NCBI RefSeq assembly: GCF_006345805.1
Contig: NC_042997.1
Coordinates: forward strand, 49,290,001-49,354,000
Length of the DNA stretch: 64,000 nt
Origin: Octopus sinensis
Lineage: Eukaryota
Direction of reading: 5' to 3'
Position 1 is the stretch's first letter. Every line of letters begins with the position of its first letter. Below, one piece after another: positions 63,024 to 64,000 of the stretch. A program made the position numbers and the translations under genes. A model generated the notes under the pieces. That model was not told where the DNA came from and did no database searches. It was given only the letters and a program-made list of their open reading frames with translations.

Positions 63024-63995
63024 GACTGTATCCAAGCAGAGGAAAGCGGCTTAGGGTGGTATGTAAAAAATGCCGTGTAGCCATTGTTGAAACATACAAA
63101 ACGGTCGGCGTCATCAAAACTGAAAACTGTGTAATGAAAGAAAAGAAATGAATATCAAAAGTAAAAACATGGGAAGAAAATATACGGTCAGTTTGCAAGA
63201 GATGTGAATGCGAACACAGATAGAGAGGACCGGTGGCTACGGATGAGGATGAGTGACCTGAAGATAGAGATAAAAGAACTTATATGCGCAGCTCAAGAAC
63301 AAGCTTTAAGGATCATCTATGTGAAGTGCAGAACAGACAACACTACCGACAGCCTCAAATGCAGAATGTGTGGTGAGAGAGGTGAAACCGTATGGCACAT
63401 CTTTAGCGAATACCTAAAATTGGCACAACGCGAATACAAAAGACGTCATTGGGATCTCTGTGGAAATCACGGCCCACAAAGAGCAAAGATGTGGTATGAG
63501 AAAATCCCAGAAGGAGTCATCGAGAATGAGAATTGCAAAATCCTGTAGGATGCAATAATCCAGTGCGATCACCTGATCAAACATCAGAAACCGGATAGAG
63601 TTGTAGTGAATAAAAAAGAAAGAACATGCATGATAATCGACATAGCATACCTCGGTGACAACTATCAATGTGAAAGAAGAGAAAAAATAAACACCTATGA
63701 CGATTTGAAGTGGGAAATACGAAGGTTGTGGTCAATGAAGAGAGTAGATGTGATACCAATAGCAATTGGTGCACTTGGAAGTATCAGCACTCAGCTACCA
63801 GCATGGCTAAAAAAAGATTGGTGCAAGTGTGACGGTAGAACACCCAGATAAATCAGCATTGTTAGGAATTGCAAGAATTCTTCGCAGGGTTTTTGAAGTA
63901 TGACTAGTAAACAAGTGTGACCTTAGTCTGCTGGCTGTGGACGGCTGACACTATCCATCATACCCAGCAAAACAAGCTGTGAGTTTTAATCAAAT
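63024..63995 (+). mobile_element. Third, more decayed Dong/R4 retrotransposon 3' fragment
   Basis: ELICAAQEQALR, CRMCGERGETVWHIFSE, RRH, KPDRVV...CMIID, YDDLKWEIRRLW...IPIAIGALG. Its 5' end abuts (AAT)n at 63000-63023. Confidence 0.9.
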
Positions 63996-64000
63996 AACAA

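Overview
This is AT-rich, microsatellite-dense animal DNA. Its tRNA-derived SINE families and Dong/R4, RTE, CR1 and Penelope-type relics are most consistent with an octopus or other coleoid cephalopod; the organism is inferred, not searched. The only host coding sequence I can support is the first coding exon of a laminin gamma chain (LAMC1/LanB2-like) on the minus strand at 22367-22814, with a signal peptide, the start of the LN domain and a phase-1 GTAAGT donor. It is preceded by a 158-codon in-frame open extension from a strong-context ATG at 23288. Bases 1-22366 appear to be its first intron, since I recognised no exon 2. The rest is transposable-element mosaic: about a dozen copies of one SINE with an internal microsatellite, several other modular SINEs, and piggyBac-, pogo-, mariner- and Helitron-type non-autonomous elements. 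There is also a degenerate Charlie/SPIN-like hAT transposase, three Dong/R4 retrotransposon pieces all sitting in (AAT)n, and a LINE nested in a LINE with an 11-bp TSD. The most notable observations are a perfect 76-bp palindrome whose arms each fold into a minimal type-I hammerhead ribozyme, the laminin N-terminal extension, and a Dong/R4 nest with fold-back and reiterated junctions. Also notable are a pre-miRNA-like intronic hairpin, reciprocal SINE module swapping, and CpG decay concentrated in the distal intron.
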